Assembly: GCF_004010195.1 (NCBI RefSeq) | Contig: NC_057719.1 | Location: 39,484,252-39,548,251, forward strand | DNA from: Chiloscyllium plagiosum | Taxonomy: Eukaryota | Length of the DNA: 64,000 nucleotides | Reading direction: 5' to 3' | Shown here: in pieces, positions 50,341 through 63,762 of the stretch | Numbering within the stretch: the first letter of the stretch is position 1 | Layout of the letters: every line of letters begins with the position of its first letter | Notes under the pieces: model-generated | Databases searched by the model: none | Seen by the model: the letters and a program-made list of their open reading frames with translations, nothing else | Told to the model about the DNA's origin: nothing | Made by a program: the position numbers and the translations under genes

Positions 50341-52128
50341 TCAATTCATTCAACAAGCAAAGGATAATTGTCTTGTGCAAAACTGGACCACAAAGTTACA
50401 TGGGAGAGACATGTATATGGTAGACAAATGGAGCATCTTGGAATAGCCCTTGATCATTTAATAGTAAATGATACTATAAATGTGATTAATTACTATAGAT
50501 TGTGATTAATATGCCTTTATTTAGTGCATTCTTCTTTAACATCTTGTATATAGACAGGGATTTTTCTTTTGGGTCTAAGCAATATATAAGTAAATGACTG
50601 ATGCAGAAATGCAGTCAATTAACTAACTTTGCCATTTTGTGGGTCAGATTTTGCCTGTAGTATGATAGAAAGACTATAGCATTCACTACCATTATTCCTG
50701 AGACTAACTGAAATGTCAAAATTTGCTTTTATAGTAAAATTTCCACAGCGTTACAGCATATTTTCTAAACCTTTATTTTTGATTTTGAGATTTCATCGTA
50801 ATCCCATGTGCATGTCATTTATTTCATATTATGTAAAGTTTAATTTAAGGTGAAAAATTATCAATGTGTTGTTATGTAAAAATAAAGTATACATATATAT
50901 TTAACAGGCATGGCGGCATCTGTGGAGAAAGAGAAAATTTCAGAGTGGTAACACTAGAAAAAGATAAAAATATCATAGATTTCAAGTATATAGGTAGGCA
51001 AAGGAGAATGGGAGCAAAGAATGAAAGACAAGGTTGAGATAGGATGGAAGACAAGTAAGATCAAATAACAAAAAAGATAATGGTCAAAAGAAAAGAGAAA
51101 AGATATGTCTGCGTATGAGAGAAGTTTTGGAGACCGATCTGGAAATCAGTTGATTTCATAAAGCTATAAAGTGTCTAATGCAGAAATGAGTTGCTGTTCA
51201 TCAAGCTTCAGTTGAGCTGTTTCGTAACAGTGTTGGAAAATGATAAACCTATGTAGTGAATTTAGTAAGTTAGCTTATCAAGCACAGGAAGGCCCAACCA
51301 TTTTCAGTTGCTTTTTCAATGGCCTTCCCTCCGTTGTGAGATCAGAATTGGTCAGCATCTTACATGACATCCCAGATACCAAAGCAATCCATATCCATTT
51401 GCAATAAGATTTGGACAATATTCACATTTGGGGTGATAAGTGAGAAGTAACATTTGCACCAGACTAGTCCCAAGCAAGGTCCATCTACAACAAGAGTACC
51501 TAACCATCTCCCTTGACATTCAAAAGTATCACTATCATCCTGGAGATCCCCATTGGCCAGATGCTGAACTGGGCCAACCTGTTAAAAAATATGGCTAGAA
51601 AAGGGAAATCCTGTCACAGAGATTGCTAGGTCTTTTTGGGAAGCTTTCTTGGAGGTCATCAATGAGCATAGTCATCACCACTGAAAGAAAAAAATCGTCC
51701 TGTTGGATTTACTGGAGTATTTAATAATTTGAACATAGAAAATTGTGTAGTTTCTGTGAGTTGTGCTTCATTCTCTTTTAAATGTCTTAGCAGGTTTGGA
51801 TGTTGCTGCAGCTTTTTTATACAGTGGATTAGTAATATATATGCTTAATTCAGTTTGAATTCTTTGAATATTGTTGGAGATCCCTGATGATGTATTGGGT
51901 AAATATGCAACTTGGTATTTTACTGAACACACAAACTAGAAAATGCAACATTTGATCCCTAGTCAGTAAAAGAACCTTGATGCCTTTATAGTGAGAATTG
52001 AAAAAATGACAACACCAAGCAATAAATTAGCAGAAATATAATTCAGAAGCATTGTGAGATTTTTCTAAATTCAGGAAGTGCCTACAATGTCTAGGAAAGC
52101 ATTAATTATATTGAACTTTGTGTTAAAG

Positions 52129-52248
52129 GAACTAAGGGAAAGAGTGCTCAGAGGGAAATACCGGATTCCCTTTTACATGTCTACAGACTGTGAAAACCTC
52201 CTCAAACGCTTTCTGGTACTTAATCCTTCTAAAAGAGGTACACTGGAG
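52129..52248 (+). CDS. MARK3: MARK kinase coding exon (120 bp), [40 protein letters not shown]
   Basis: AAG acceptor, donor gtaaga. [17 protein letters not shown] and RGTLE fit MARK3 better than MARK1 (KKLLV), MARK2 (KKFLI) or MARK4 (FDGHNLK). The paralog call is less certain than the family call. Confidence 0.93.
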
Positions 52249-52984
52249 GTAAGAAACTCAGATTATTTTACTGTTGTTCCACAGAATAGTGAAATTTTGT
52301 CATTATTTTTTTCATGTATTTATGAAAATTAATATCATCATTATAAGATGAAATATTGGTAGAATTTTTAAAGGTTTGTGAACTGGGCAGCCTTTTCTCA
52401 AATGGTTGTGATCGACATTTGTCATTGAACTGTCTACAAAAAGGTAATTACTAAAAATAATTAATTTCACTCCCTCTTGTGGCGTTCTACCCATAACTGT
52501 TTCAAAAGCATTTAAACTGAGTTTTGCCACAGGCATCATTGCAAAGACTGTGCGGTCTTAAAGGGGCCTTGTAGCTTTTAACACTCAGTCAGACCTCTGT
52601 AGCAACCAATACTGGCTCAAAGTTCACAACACTAGAATCTCATCTGCACTGTCATTGGTGGTCATGTCTTCACTTAGGGCTTGGTTATAAGGTAGACACA
52701 CTTTTATTTTAAAGGAAATACATCTTCACTGTTTTTCTGCTGGCATACTTAAAATTAGCCAAGGTACATAAGCAAAAGTGTAAAATTAGAATGCAAGATG
52801 GATGCATTCCTATAGATAGAAGAGCTTAGTGAGGGTGAGCAGCAGAAAAGGAAGAAAATATGTATTTAATGCATCTGGTCAACAGGACTGCAGCACTGCA
52901 GAATTAATCCAAAGACTGAACATCCCTATAAATGTCCAAATAAATAAACAAAATTCAGTACTTAACATAAAAAAAAAAACCCAT

Positions 52985-53375
52985 ACCTTGAACATTCACT
53001 CCCTTCACCACTGATGCACAATTCTTAGCAGTGTTTACCTACAATGTGCACGGAATTCTCCAAGTCTCCTGAGACAGCATCTTCCAAACTCACAACCTCT
53101 ACCACCTGGAATGACAAAGGCAACAGATGTGTGGGAATACTACAGTCTGTAGGTTCTCCAAGTCTCTCAACAATTTGAATTGAAACTGTATTGCCATTGC
53201 ATCTCTATCATTGGGACATTATCATGGAATTCCCTCCCCAGCAGCACTGTGGGATATGCCAACAAACCAAGGACTGCTGTAGTTCAAGATGGCAGTTCAG
53301 TGCCAAGAACACTTATATAGGGGCATTAAATGCTGGCAAAGCCAGTTTCATCCAAGGCAAATGAATGAATGAAAA
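52985..53375 (+). mobile_element. Family B LINE 3' end
   Basis: LNIHSLHH; (atga)n tail. Confidence 0.75.
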
Positions 53376-53727
53376 GATTTGCTTAAATTCATACTGACTT
53401 TTTACAGAGGGACATTCACAATGCTAAGAATACTAGATTTTTGTGGGCAGTTTGTTTTGAAGTTACAGGTGACAGCTGTGTTTCGCCAGGACTGTAAAAT
53501 CCAGACCTTTACTTTCATTCAAATCCATAACAATTTAGAAGGTTTATCAAGTGAGCAACTGAGTCAAATGGATTAAGGGAGCCTGACCTTTGAATCTTTT
53601 TGTGGTGCCTTAAATGATCTGCACTTAAACAATGGTGTAGAGTCACTAGAGGCTTCAGTTTTAGGACTGAGACATGCTAATTATCACTATCTCGGCTCAA
53701 GTACAATGAATAACCCTTTTGACCTTG

Positions 53728-56225
53728 AGATATAAGAGCTGAAGTAGGCCATTCACCCTGTTATGTCTGCTCCGCCATTCAATGAGATTATGGCTGATCC
53801 TCAAATCTACTTTCCTGCCTTTTCATCATAATCCCTGATACCCTTACTGATTAAACATAGGTCCATCTCAGCTTGAATGTACTTAATGACCCAGCCTCAA
53901 CAGCCCTCTATGATAAAGAATCCCACAGATTTGCTACCCTCTGAGAGAAGAAATTTTTCTTTTCTATGTTCAATGTGCAACCTCTTGTTCTAAGATTTTG
54001 CTGTCCAGTCCTTGACTCTTCCACAAGGTGAACAACATTTTGTGTTTACCCTGTCAAGTATTCTAAGAATCTTATATGTTTCAATAAGATCATCTTTCAT
54101 TCTTCTCGATTCCAATTAATCCAGGCCCACAGTACTCAAATAGTCCTCATAAGTCCCTCCATACCTGGGATGAGCCTAATGAACCTTCTTTGAATTGCCT
54201 CCAGTGCCAGTATATCTTTCCTTCAACAAGGGATCCAAAACTGTTCACACTGTTCAAGATAGGATCTGACTAGTCCCTTGCACAGTTTGTGCAAAAACTA
54301 CCTACTTTTACAGAATCAGAGATGTACAGCACAGAAACTGACCCTTCAGTCCAACTCGTCCATGCGGAACAGATATCCTAAATAAATCTAGTCCCATTTG
54401 CCAGCATTTGGCCATATTCTTCTAAACCCTTCCTATTCATATACCCACCCAGATGCCTTTTAAATGTTGTAATTGTACCAGCCTCCACCACTCCTTCTGG
54501 CAGCTCATTCCATACACGCACCACCTCTGGTGAAAATGTTGCCCCTTAGGTCCCTTTTAAATCTTTCCTCTCTCACCTTAAACCTATTCCCTCTAGTTTT
54601 GGACTCCCACACCTTGGGGAAAAGACCTTTGCCCCTCTACAAGGTCACCCCTCAGCCTCCAAAACTCCAAGAAAAATAGCTCCTGCCTATACAACCTCAC
54701 CCTATAGCTCAAACCTTACAACCCTGGCAACATCCTTGTAAACTTTTTCAGAACCCTTTCAAGTTTCACAACATCCTTCCTGTAGCAGGGAGACTAGAAT
54801 TGGATGCAGTTTTCCAAAAGTGGCTTAACCAATGTCCTGTACAGTCACAATATGACCTCCCGAATCTTATACTCAATACTCTGACCAATAAAGGAAAGCA
54901 TACCAAATGACTTCTTCACTGTCCTATCTATCTGCAACTCTACTTTCAAAGAACTATGAACCTGCACTCCAAGGTCTCTTTGTTCAGCAACACTCCCCAG
55001 GACCTTATCATCAAGTGTACAAGTCCTGCCTTGATTTGCCTTTCCAAAACGCAGCACCTCACGTTCATTTAAATTAAACTCCATCTGCCAATCCTTGGCT
55101 CATTGGCCCATCTTATGAAGATCCCATTGTACTTTGAGATAACTTTGCTGTCCACTACACCTCCAATTTTGGTGTCATCTACAAACTTACTTACTATTCT
55201 TCTTATGTTCACATCTAAATCATTTATTTTAATGATGAAAAGCCATAGACCCAGCGCCAATCCTTGTGGCGCACTGTTGTATTCCACTCCCTTTGAAATA
55301 AAGGCCATTCTTCCCTATGCCTTTGTTTTTACACAATCAAATTGGTTGCTAGCATTTTGTGATTCCCAAGAACATTTTCAAATCCCTCTGTTCAGCAGCC
55401 TAGTATGGTATTTTCCCATTTAAATAATGCGTAGCTCTTTTATTCTTCCTGCCAAAATGCATAACTTCACATTTTCCATGTTATATTCCATCGGCGAACT
55501 GACTTAACCTGTCCAGATCCTTGAACATACTCTGTAACCTCCTCACTACTTCTCACTTATTTTTGTGTCATGCGCAAACTTAGCTATAGTATATTCATTT
55601 TACTCATCCAAATAAACTAAATTAAGTTTGATTAAATTAAGTTCAATTCAAATCACTAATGGTATTGTCTATTATTGCTGCCCAGCATTGATCCCTGTGG
55701 TACACCATAAGTTACAGATTGCCAGCTTTAAAATGCTTCGTTTACCCCAACTCTGTCTTCTATTAGGTAGCCAGTCCTCTATCCATGCTAATATGCTACA
55801 CCAACACCAGGGGCTCTTGCCTTATTAACGAGTCTAATGTGTGGTACCTTATAAAATGCTTTCTGAAAATCCAAATATATTGCTTCCACTCTTTCCCCTT
55901 TATCTATCCTGCTTGTTACCTCAAAGAATTATAGTAAATCTGTCAGATATGATTTCTGCTTCATGAAGATATGCTGACTCTACTTCATTATTTTTAAATA
56001 CTCTGCAGTTACGTCCTTTATAATAGACTCTTAACATTTTCCTAACAACAAACATTACGCTAACTGGCCTATGTTTCCCATTTTCTTTGTCTCCTTCCCT
56101 TTTTAAATAAATGTGTTACATTGGTGGTTTTCCATTCCTCTGCATCTTTTTCAGATCTAAGGACTCCGAGAAGATTATTACCAGTGCATTCATTCTCTGT
56201 AGTTGTTTCCTTTAACATCCTATGA
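53728..56225 (-). mobile_element. Nested CR1 LINEs: younger copy (~54311-55275) inside an older copy
   Basis: Host reads cctactttta|...|tgtattccactccc across the insert; KFVDDTKIGG and RDLGVQVHSSLK motifs. Confidence 0.85.
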
Positions 56226-57518
56226 TGAGAAGCTAGTATTTCTGTTCAGAATCATTGGGCGCAACTCCCTCAAAGTGATACTGCAAGAATATATATGTGC
56301 TCGATAAGACTGATTCGGGGTTGGCAGTAATGCATTTCTAGTCAAGTAGCCTCCCAACCGATTGTGATGATAATTATTTGGATCTTGTACTGGTGATAAT
56401 TAATACTTACTGAGTATTACCCAAATGAGGAGTCAGCACTTGAAATTTTTCAGCAATACTTCTATGTCTAACACATTGAGCTACTTTATCTTAAGTTTGA
56501 AAGCTGAGGGGATTAATAATGGATTTCATAACCTAGTGGGTGGGAATTTGTTGACATAGCGCAAAGACTTAAAAATACATCACTGACGTTCTATTTATAA
56601 AAGATGAAAACTATAATCCTGCCAAATGTGCAATCTGACAGGCTTAATGATTAATTGCTTTTGCTTCATGAAGCAAAATTCTTCAATCTTACAGTATCTC
56701 TGATTAGTACTTTACACTGAAGACTAAAGTTTGCTTTCTATTTAAAAAAGACTGTTAGCTGGCCTTGTCAAACAAGGTGGCTAATTATAGTACTGCCTCA
56801 GAACACCATATGCTATGAAATTTTACATTTAATTTTAGATCCTTGTATTTTGGAAGGACAAAAACTTTATGTATTAATCTCTTTATCATCTTTTGCAGTT
56901 TGATAACTTTGGAATTACTCTTTTTTTCCTTACCCATTTTTCTGTGATCCTCTCTACTTTTAACTATAAAGTGCAGAATTGACATTAAATAACGTCCATA
57001 TTTTTCTTTTGTGTAAGAAGTATCTAAATACCTAAAATACACCTTGTGCCTTCGCAGCATCCAATATAGCTGCTTAAGAAATTCTTGAGGCAAACTCTGC
57101 AACACTAAAGCAATTATGTGTAAATATTGGCTGATTATATTGCTACTTTTTCAAAATACTTATAAAGTTCATGTTAAAAAATTATGTAGTCATCAAGTTT
57201 TATCATGCCTTGGCTCAAAGGTGTCTTAAATCTATCCTGTGCCATTCTATTCATTTATTAATAACCACCTTCAATTCTCAAAGCAACCAACATTGATATT
57301 TTTTTCATTCCTCTTCTTTTTCCTTAATATTCTTTCCATAACAAATCTTAGGAATCCATTTCCTCTTTTTTGTGCCCTACCCAGACTCCCTGAGCTGAAT
57401 CTTTTTTTGTTTTGCTAAGCACCAATTGTGTTGAGAGTTTGGGAGGGTTTTCTGCTGCCAGACCTAATGTATTTCTGTCCTAACCATGTACTCTGTCCAT
57501 ATCGTATTCCTCTTATTA

Positions 57519-57717
57519 TTAGATTAGATTACTTACAGTGTGGAAACAGGCCTTTCGGCCCAACAAGTCCACACTGGCCTGCCGAAGCGCGACCCACCCA
57601 GACCCATTCCCCTACATTTTATCCCTTCACCTAACACTATGGGCAATTTAGCATGGCCGATTCACCTCACCTGCACATTTTTGGACTGTGGGAGGAAACC
57701 GGAGCACCCCGAGGAAA

Positions 57718-57752
<35 letters not shown>

Positions 57753-57857
57753 GGAGAATGTGCAAACTCCACACAGTCAGTCGCCTGAAGCGGGAATTGA
57801 ACCCGGGTCTCTGGCGCTGAGAGGCAACAGTGCTAACCACTGTGCCACCATGCCGCC
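57519..57857 (-). mobile_element. HE1 V-SINE with internal (AC)15
   Basis: Colinear with 39904-40218; microsatellite at 57721-57750. Confidence 0.95.
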
Positions 57858-58035
57858 TGTATCTGATTCTATCTATCTTACCACAAGCCACTTCAGAATA
57901 ATTTGTCATTGCAGCGATGTGCCAGTGTTGACTAGCTTCCCTGGTACCTGTTACATTATTAAAAGGCTGTTGTGCATTCTGACAAGCACAATCAGTCGAG
58001 AGCTGTCCTCCAGGTTCCTAACAATTGCCCTGGAC

Positions 58036-58246
58036 ATGGTAGACAAGAGACCCAACTTTTCAGCCAGGATCCTGTGTGGGAGGGAATAGTGGAGGGCCAC
58101 TTCATTCACCCAGAACTAGAAGAGGAGGACATCAGCTCCTGCTAGACTATGCTGAGGTTGTCACCTGGTGCAGATCAGTCTCAACTGTTTGGGAGGATGC
58201 AAAGTGATGTAGAAAGTAGATCAATAACCTTCTTCGCTCTGCCAGC
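58036..58246 (+). pseudogene. Degenerate PIF/Harbinger Myb/SANT-like ORF remnant
   Basis: MVDKRPNFS... then YAEVVTWCRSVSTVWEDAK*CRK*INNLLRSA, resembling the W-EVA...QCRKK-NDL pattern of Harbinger DNA-binding proteins. Confidence 0.5.
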
Positions 58247-58719
58247 ATATGTGCCACATCTTCAATTCAATGCCTCACACTCGCTATGGCTGTACCTATC
58301 TCCTAGCGGGGGGCATATGCTCTAGCCCTCTTGCTGTTTCCTGCAACATTCCCCCACTTGCTATCAGCTACCCCAACCCCAACACCAATAACCCTGCAAC
58401 CCTTCCACACTGCCTTCTCACTTACTCAGAACACCCCCACTTGCAACAACGTAACAGTTGTATCACACACTTTCATCTCCCTTAATATCTGATCTTTCTC
58501 GTTGCAGGACCCGGGTTTTAAAAAAAGGCAGAAGAGGTGATGGGCAATGTTTCCTTTGAATTATGCTGCTGTACGCGTGCGGCTGTTCCAAAGTTTTGCA
58601 CGCAGCAATTGGTTTGTGCCAGCACAGATTGCAGCATTGGCTTCTGATTATGGAAATTGCTACTGCGCATAGACTTCACAAGTCCACGCAGAAAAAAAAT
58701 ATTTAGGGAGAATTCTGGT

Positions 58720-59233
58720 GGTACATTCACCATGTACAGGGCATTGCTGAGGCCTCTTCTGGAGTAATGTGTGCAGTTCTGGTTGCCCTGTTATAGGAAG
58801 GATACAATTAAACTGGAGAGGGTTCAGAAAAGATATTCCAGGGCGTGGCCAGGAATAGAGAATTTGAGATATAAAAATCGACTGAAAAGACTGGGACTTT
58901 TTTCACTGGAGCATGGAAGGTTGAAGGGTGACCTTATTGAGATTTATAAAATCATGAGGATAATTTTCTCTAGGGGAGTTCAAAACTAGGGGGCATATTT
59001 TTAAGGTGAAAGACAGGGCTTTGTTTAACAGGGCTTCGTATGTGGAATGAACAGAGGGAAGTGCTGGATACAGTTTTAGTTACATGTTTAAGAGACATTT
59101 GGGTAAGTTCATGAATAGAAAAGGTTTGGAGGGATATAGGCCAAGTGCAGGTAGGTGGGACTAGTTTAATTTGGGAACATGGTTGGTTGGACTGAAAGGT
59201 CTGTTTCCATATTGTATGATCCTATGGCTCTAT
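58720..59233 (+). mobile_element. CR1/HER1 3' end
   Basis: VQFWLPCYRKDTIKLERVQKR...LFSLEHGRLKGDLIEIYK. Confidence 0.9.
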
Positions 59234-60480
59234 AACTGCTCAACATTTGTCATGACAAGCCTTAAATGGAGTGCATCCTGACTCTTGACCAGACCAAGCA
59301 GCCGGTTCTGTCCAAAACCCTAGACCATTGTCAGAGGCTGCCCTTGACTAACTGTGCTGGAAGGCCCTGACTAAAGGCTATCTCTGATGACTCCTGACAA
59401 CCATGTCAAGCTCCCTGGCTTTGTGTCTGTTCTAAATGGGAAGGCGATACAGCAGTGCTGATTGGGAAGGCAAGATAATGGTAGACAAGAAAGGGACACT
59501 GAGCATCAATATAGGCTCAGAGTAAGTGTGCAGTACGACAGCAGGTAAACAGTCTAGTCCAGTCTGCGAGCTGGGTTCATGTCCCTAAACTGTGTTCTGA
59601 CAGCAGCATTGCAATGGTAGTTGGTCAAGCTTTGAAGTTCAGAAGTGGATCAGAGATGATACGCAGTGACGGTTCTCAGGAGCTTACAAATCAGATACCA
59701 ATGCACATGGACATGGCATGTGCATGTTGGTGTCTATGGAGCATGCTGAGAGACTTGATGCCTGACGTCCAACTTGGAGAACTTTTGGACCAAGTGGTAG
59801 GCTGAAGTTGCTAGGTCCCTGCTTAACTTCCATGTCAGGAATTTTCGATATCTAGCTTTCAGTTTGTTCATTGGATTTGGTATGATAGACAGCTGAATAT
59901 CATTGAGGTGAGTTGTGGCTATCCCTCTTAATTGTAACTCACTGCTGTCAAGAAAGAAGCTGCAAGTCAAGGCAAGAAAGTAAGTGAAAAGTGTTCAATA
60001 AAAGACAGGACAAAAATATAACTCTAATATTGGAAACATGGTTACAAGTGGGGGAGAAGCAGGCCAGCAACCACTCCCCTTCACTGTCCAAAAAGAAATC
60101 TAGCAGACAAGTCTTTTCATTTTACCAATTGACCAATTCGCAGCATTACAATTGTTCTTGGTGATGAAGTGAAGAGGCTTTTAAGGTCTATATTGGCCAT
60201 TGGCCAGGAAGGTGAAGGTTAGGTTTTTTTTCCCAGTATTTAGTTCCAGTGGTGTTGGGAAGGTGCTGGATATCTCCTTGGAGCTCATCTGCCCAATTAT
60301 CTTCTCTTTCCACCACCTTCCCTGCCACTTCTCTCGAGGAGAAAATTCCACCCTTATTTTCAAGAACTGAATAGAGAGGAAGTAACATTTGATTTGCAAA
60401 AGTCTTCCAAAGCAACATAACCACTGTTAAACTAGGCAGAAATGTCATAGTAGATAAACTAGCCAAATGTAAGGAAGACA

Positions 60481-60672
60481 GACAAAAATGGAAGTTATTG
60501 GTGAAACTTCGCAGATCTGGCAACATGTGTAGGAAGAAAGCAGAATTAACATTTCAAGTCCAATGACTCTTCCTCAAAACTGATGCTTCAGATACTGCCT
60601 GACCTAGTTTCACCAGCTGTTTCTGTTTTTGTTTCAGATCTTCAGCATCTGCAGTTCTTTGTTTTATTTTAG
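60481..60672. mobile_element. Old fold-back Penelope terminal-repeat element
   Basis: acaaaaatggaagttattggtgaaact is inverted relative to agtttcaccagctgtttctgtttttgt; cagcatctgcagttc tail. Confidence 0.65.
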
Positions 60673-61258
60673 TAAGGAAGGAAGGCAAATCTAGATGGAT
60701 TTATCATGGATATTCAAAAAAAAAATTCGCAAGGAAATATCAGAAGCCCTGGGATCAAATCTTTTAAAAAATCATTAAAGGCAGGAATTGTGCCAGCGCA
60801 GAGGAACAGCAAATGTAATTTCTATCTTCAGAAAGGGAATACGAACTGATCCAGCAAGCTGTAGAATAGTCACTTAAATGCATTGGTAGAAAGATCATCT
60901 AACTTTTGCTAAAAGCTTCTATATTTTAAACAAAAGTTATAACAGGAAATATTGTTAGTAACTTTGTTGGCTTTGCAATGTAGTAACGGACTAGACAAAT
61001 GTGCTACACTTATTTTAAAGGCTTTCAGTAAGGTTAAATAATTTCCGAGGAATGTGGAGTCAGGGGAGAAGCAATCAGGGCATGTGGAGCCAAGGTTGCA
61101 CAATGAACTTAAAGATGGCTGCAACACAGAAAATAGTAAAGGTCAAGAGTTTTGAATAGTAGGAACTGGGTAGCTGTGTCCGCAGAAATCCATATGTGAC
61201 TACTGTTGTTTACAGACCATTGGTCCAATTATCTGTTCATACTTCACATGAGTTTTAA

Positions 61259-63100
61259 AACATAGAACATAGATCAGTACAGCACAGTACAGGCCCTTTG
61301 GCCCTCGATGTTGTTCTGACCTTTTATCCGACTCTAAGATCAAACTAATCTACATACCCTTCACTTTACTATCATCTATATGCCTAGCCAAGAGTTGTTT
61401 AAATATCCTTAATGTATCTGACTCTACTACCACTGCTGGGAGTGCATTCCACTCACCCAACGCTGTGTAAAGTACCTACCTCTGACATCTCCCCTAAACC
61501 TTTCTTGAATCACCTTAAAATTATGCCCCCTCATGATAGCCATTTCTGCCCTGGCTATTCACACTATCTATGCCTCTGATCATCTTATACACCCCTATCG
61601 TCACTTCTCATCTTCCTTCACTCCAATGAGAAAAGCAATAACTCCCTCAACCTTTCGTCATCAGACAAGCCCTCTAGCCCAGGCAGCCTCCTGGTAAATC
61701 TCCTCTGCACCCTCTCGAAAGCTTCCACATCCTTATAATGAGTTGACCAGAACTGAACACAGTATTCCACATGTAGTCTAATCGGGGCTTTATACAATTG
61801 TAGCATAACCTCGTGGCTCTTAAATTCAATCCCCCTGCTAATGAAAACCAACACACCATACGCTGCCTTAACAGCCCTATCAAGTTGGGTGGCAACTTTG
61901 AGGGATCTATGGCCATGGACCTCAAGATCCCTGTGTTTCTCCACATGCCAAGAATCCTGCCTTTAACCCTGTAATCGGCATTCGAATTCGACCTTCCAAA
62001 ATGAATTACTTCACACTTTTCCAGGTTGAACTCCAATAGCCACTTCTCAGCCCCGCTCTGTATCCTGTCAATGTCCTGTTGCAATCTACCACAGCCCTCC
62101 ACACTATTCACAACTCCATCAATCTTGGTGTCATTGGCAAACTGACTAACTCACCCTTACACTTTTCTCATCCAAGTCATTTATAAAAATCATAAAGAGC
62201 AGAGGTCCCAGAACAGAACCCTGTGAAACACCGAACTCCGGGCTGAATACTTTCCATCTACTATCACCATCTGTCTTCTATGTGCCAGTCAATTCTGTAT
62301 CCAGACAGCCAAACATCCTTGTATCCCATGGCTCCTTACCTTCTGAATGAGCCTACCATGGGGACCCTTATCAAATGCCTTGCTAAAATCCATGTGCACC
62401 ACATCCACTATTCTACCTTCAATGTGTCTTGTCACATCCTCAAATAATTCAATAAGGCTTGTGAGACATGATCTGCCCCTCACAAAGCCATGCTGACTAT
62501 CTCTAATTAAACTATGCTTTTCTGAATAATCATAAATCCTGTCTCTCAGAATCCTTTCCAATAATTTGCCCATCACCACCATAAGACTGACTGTGTAATT
62601 CCCCAGGTTATCCTTATTTCCCTTTCTTAACGTTTGCCACCCTCCAATCAACTGGTACTGTTCCAGTGGACAGTATCATCACCAAAGATGCAACAATATA
62701 ACCTTGGGTACATCCTTTCTAGCCTAGGGAACTTATCTATCCTCATGTTTTTCAAAATTTCCAGCACATCTTCCTCCTTAGCATCAATCTGTTCGAGCAT
62801 ATCAGCCTGTTTCACTGTGTCCTCACAAACAACAAGATCCCTCTCACTAGTGAATACTAAAGCAAAATATTCATTAAGGGATTTCCCTTACCTCCTCTGA
62901 CTCCAGGCACAACTTCCCTTTACTATCCCTGGTCATCCTAACGTCATGCTGGCCATTCTCTTGTTCCTCACATAAGTGTAACACGTCTTGGGGTTTTCCT
63001 TAATCCTACCCGCCAAGGCTTTTTCATGCCCTATTCCACTTCTCCTAAGTCCTTTCTGTAATGATTTTTTTGTCACCCTGTTCCCATTTCCCAGTAATCT
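61259..63100 (-). mobile_element. CR1/HER1 LINE, ~1.8 kb, 5'-truncated
   Basis: SQHGFVRGRSCLTSLIE...DFSKAFDK, VQRRFTR; (catagaa)n tail. Confidence 0.93.
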
Positions 63101-63561
63101 TGGATGCCTCATGTATGCACCGTCTCCTCCTAAATAAGCCAATGCTATCTCCTTGAACACTCATTTTTGCAGCGGGTTCCAAATTCTCAAGCTCTGTGTA
63201 ATTTTTCTATTATATCTATTTTGTCTCTTGTTCTGAAAAAATGTTAAAGACCTCTATCAGGTTTTCTCTTAGTCTTCTGCCTTTCAAGGAAATGAGTCTC
63301 GGTTGCTCAAAGTTTCCTTAAATCACAATTCTGCTTGCTTCACTGGATTATTTCTTCAATTTCTCCAGTATTTCAATTTCCTTTATGTATTGTTTAGCAA
63401 ATTATTGACAAATATCTTTGTTTCTCTCTGCATTTAATTTTATAATTTCAAATGGAGTAACCATACTCCTCCAAACCAAATGCAACAACTCATACTTGGC
63501 TTTATTAAATTTATGTTGAAATATATCCATTCATGTTGCAATCCTCAATATGCATTACGAT

Positions 63562-63762
63562 AACAAACACAGAGAATGCTAGAGAAACTCACCAGGTCGG
63601 GCAGCATCTGTGGAGAAAGTGGGACTCCTCTTCATTGCTGAAGATATTACCTGACTTGAAGCCTTAACTCTGTTTCTCTCTCTACAGATGTTGCTAGACC
63701 TGCTGAGTTTCTTCAGCACTCTGTTTTTTCAGGTTTCCAGCAGATGCAATATTTTGCCCTTA
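63562..63762. mobile_element. Old fold-back Penelope terminal-repeat element within an old CR1 fragment
   Basis: cagagaatgctagagaaactcaccaggtc...cagcatctgtggagaaag is inverted relative to ctctctacagatgttgctagacctgctgagtttcttcagcactctg. Confidence 0.65.
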
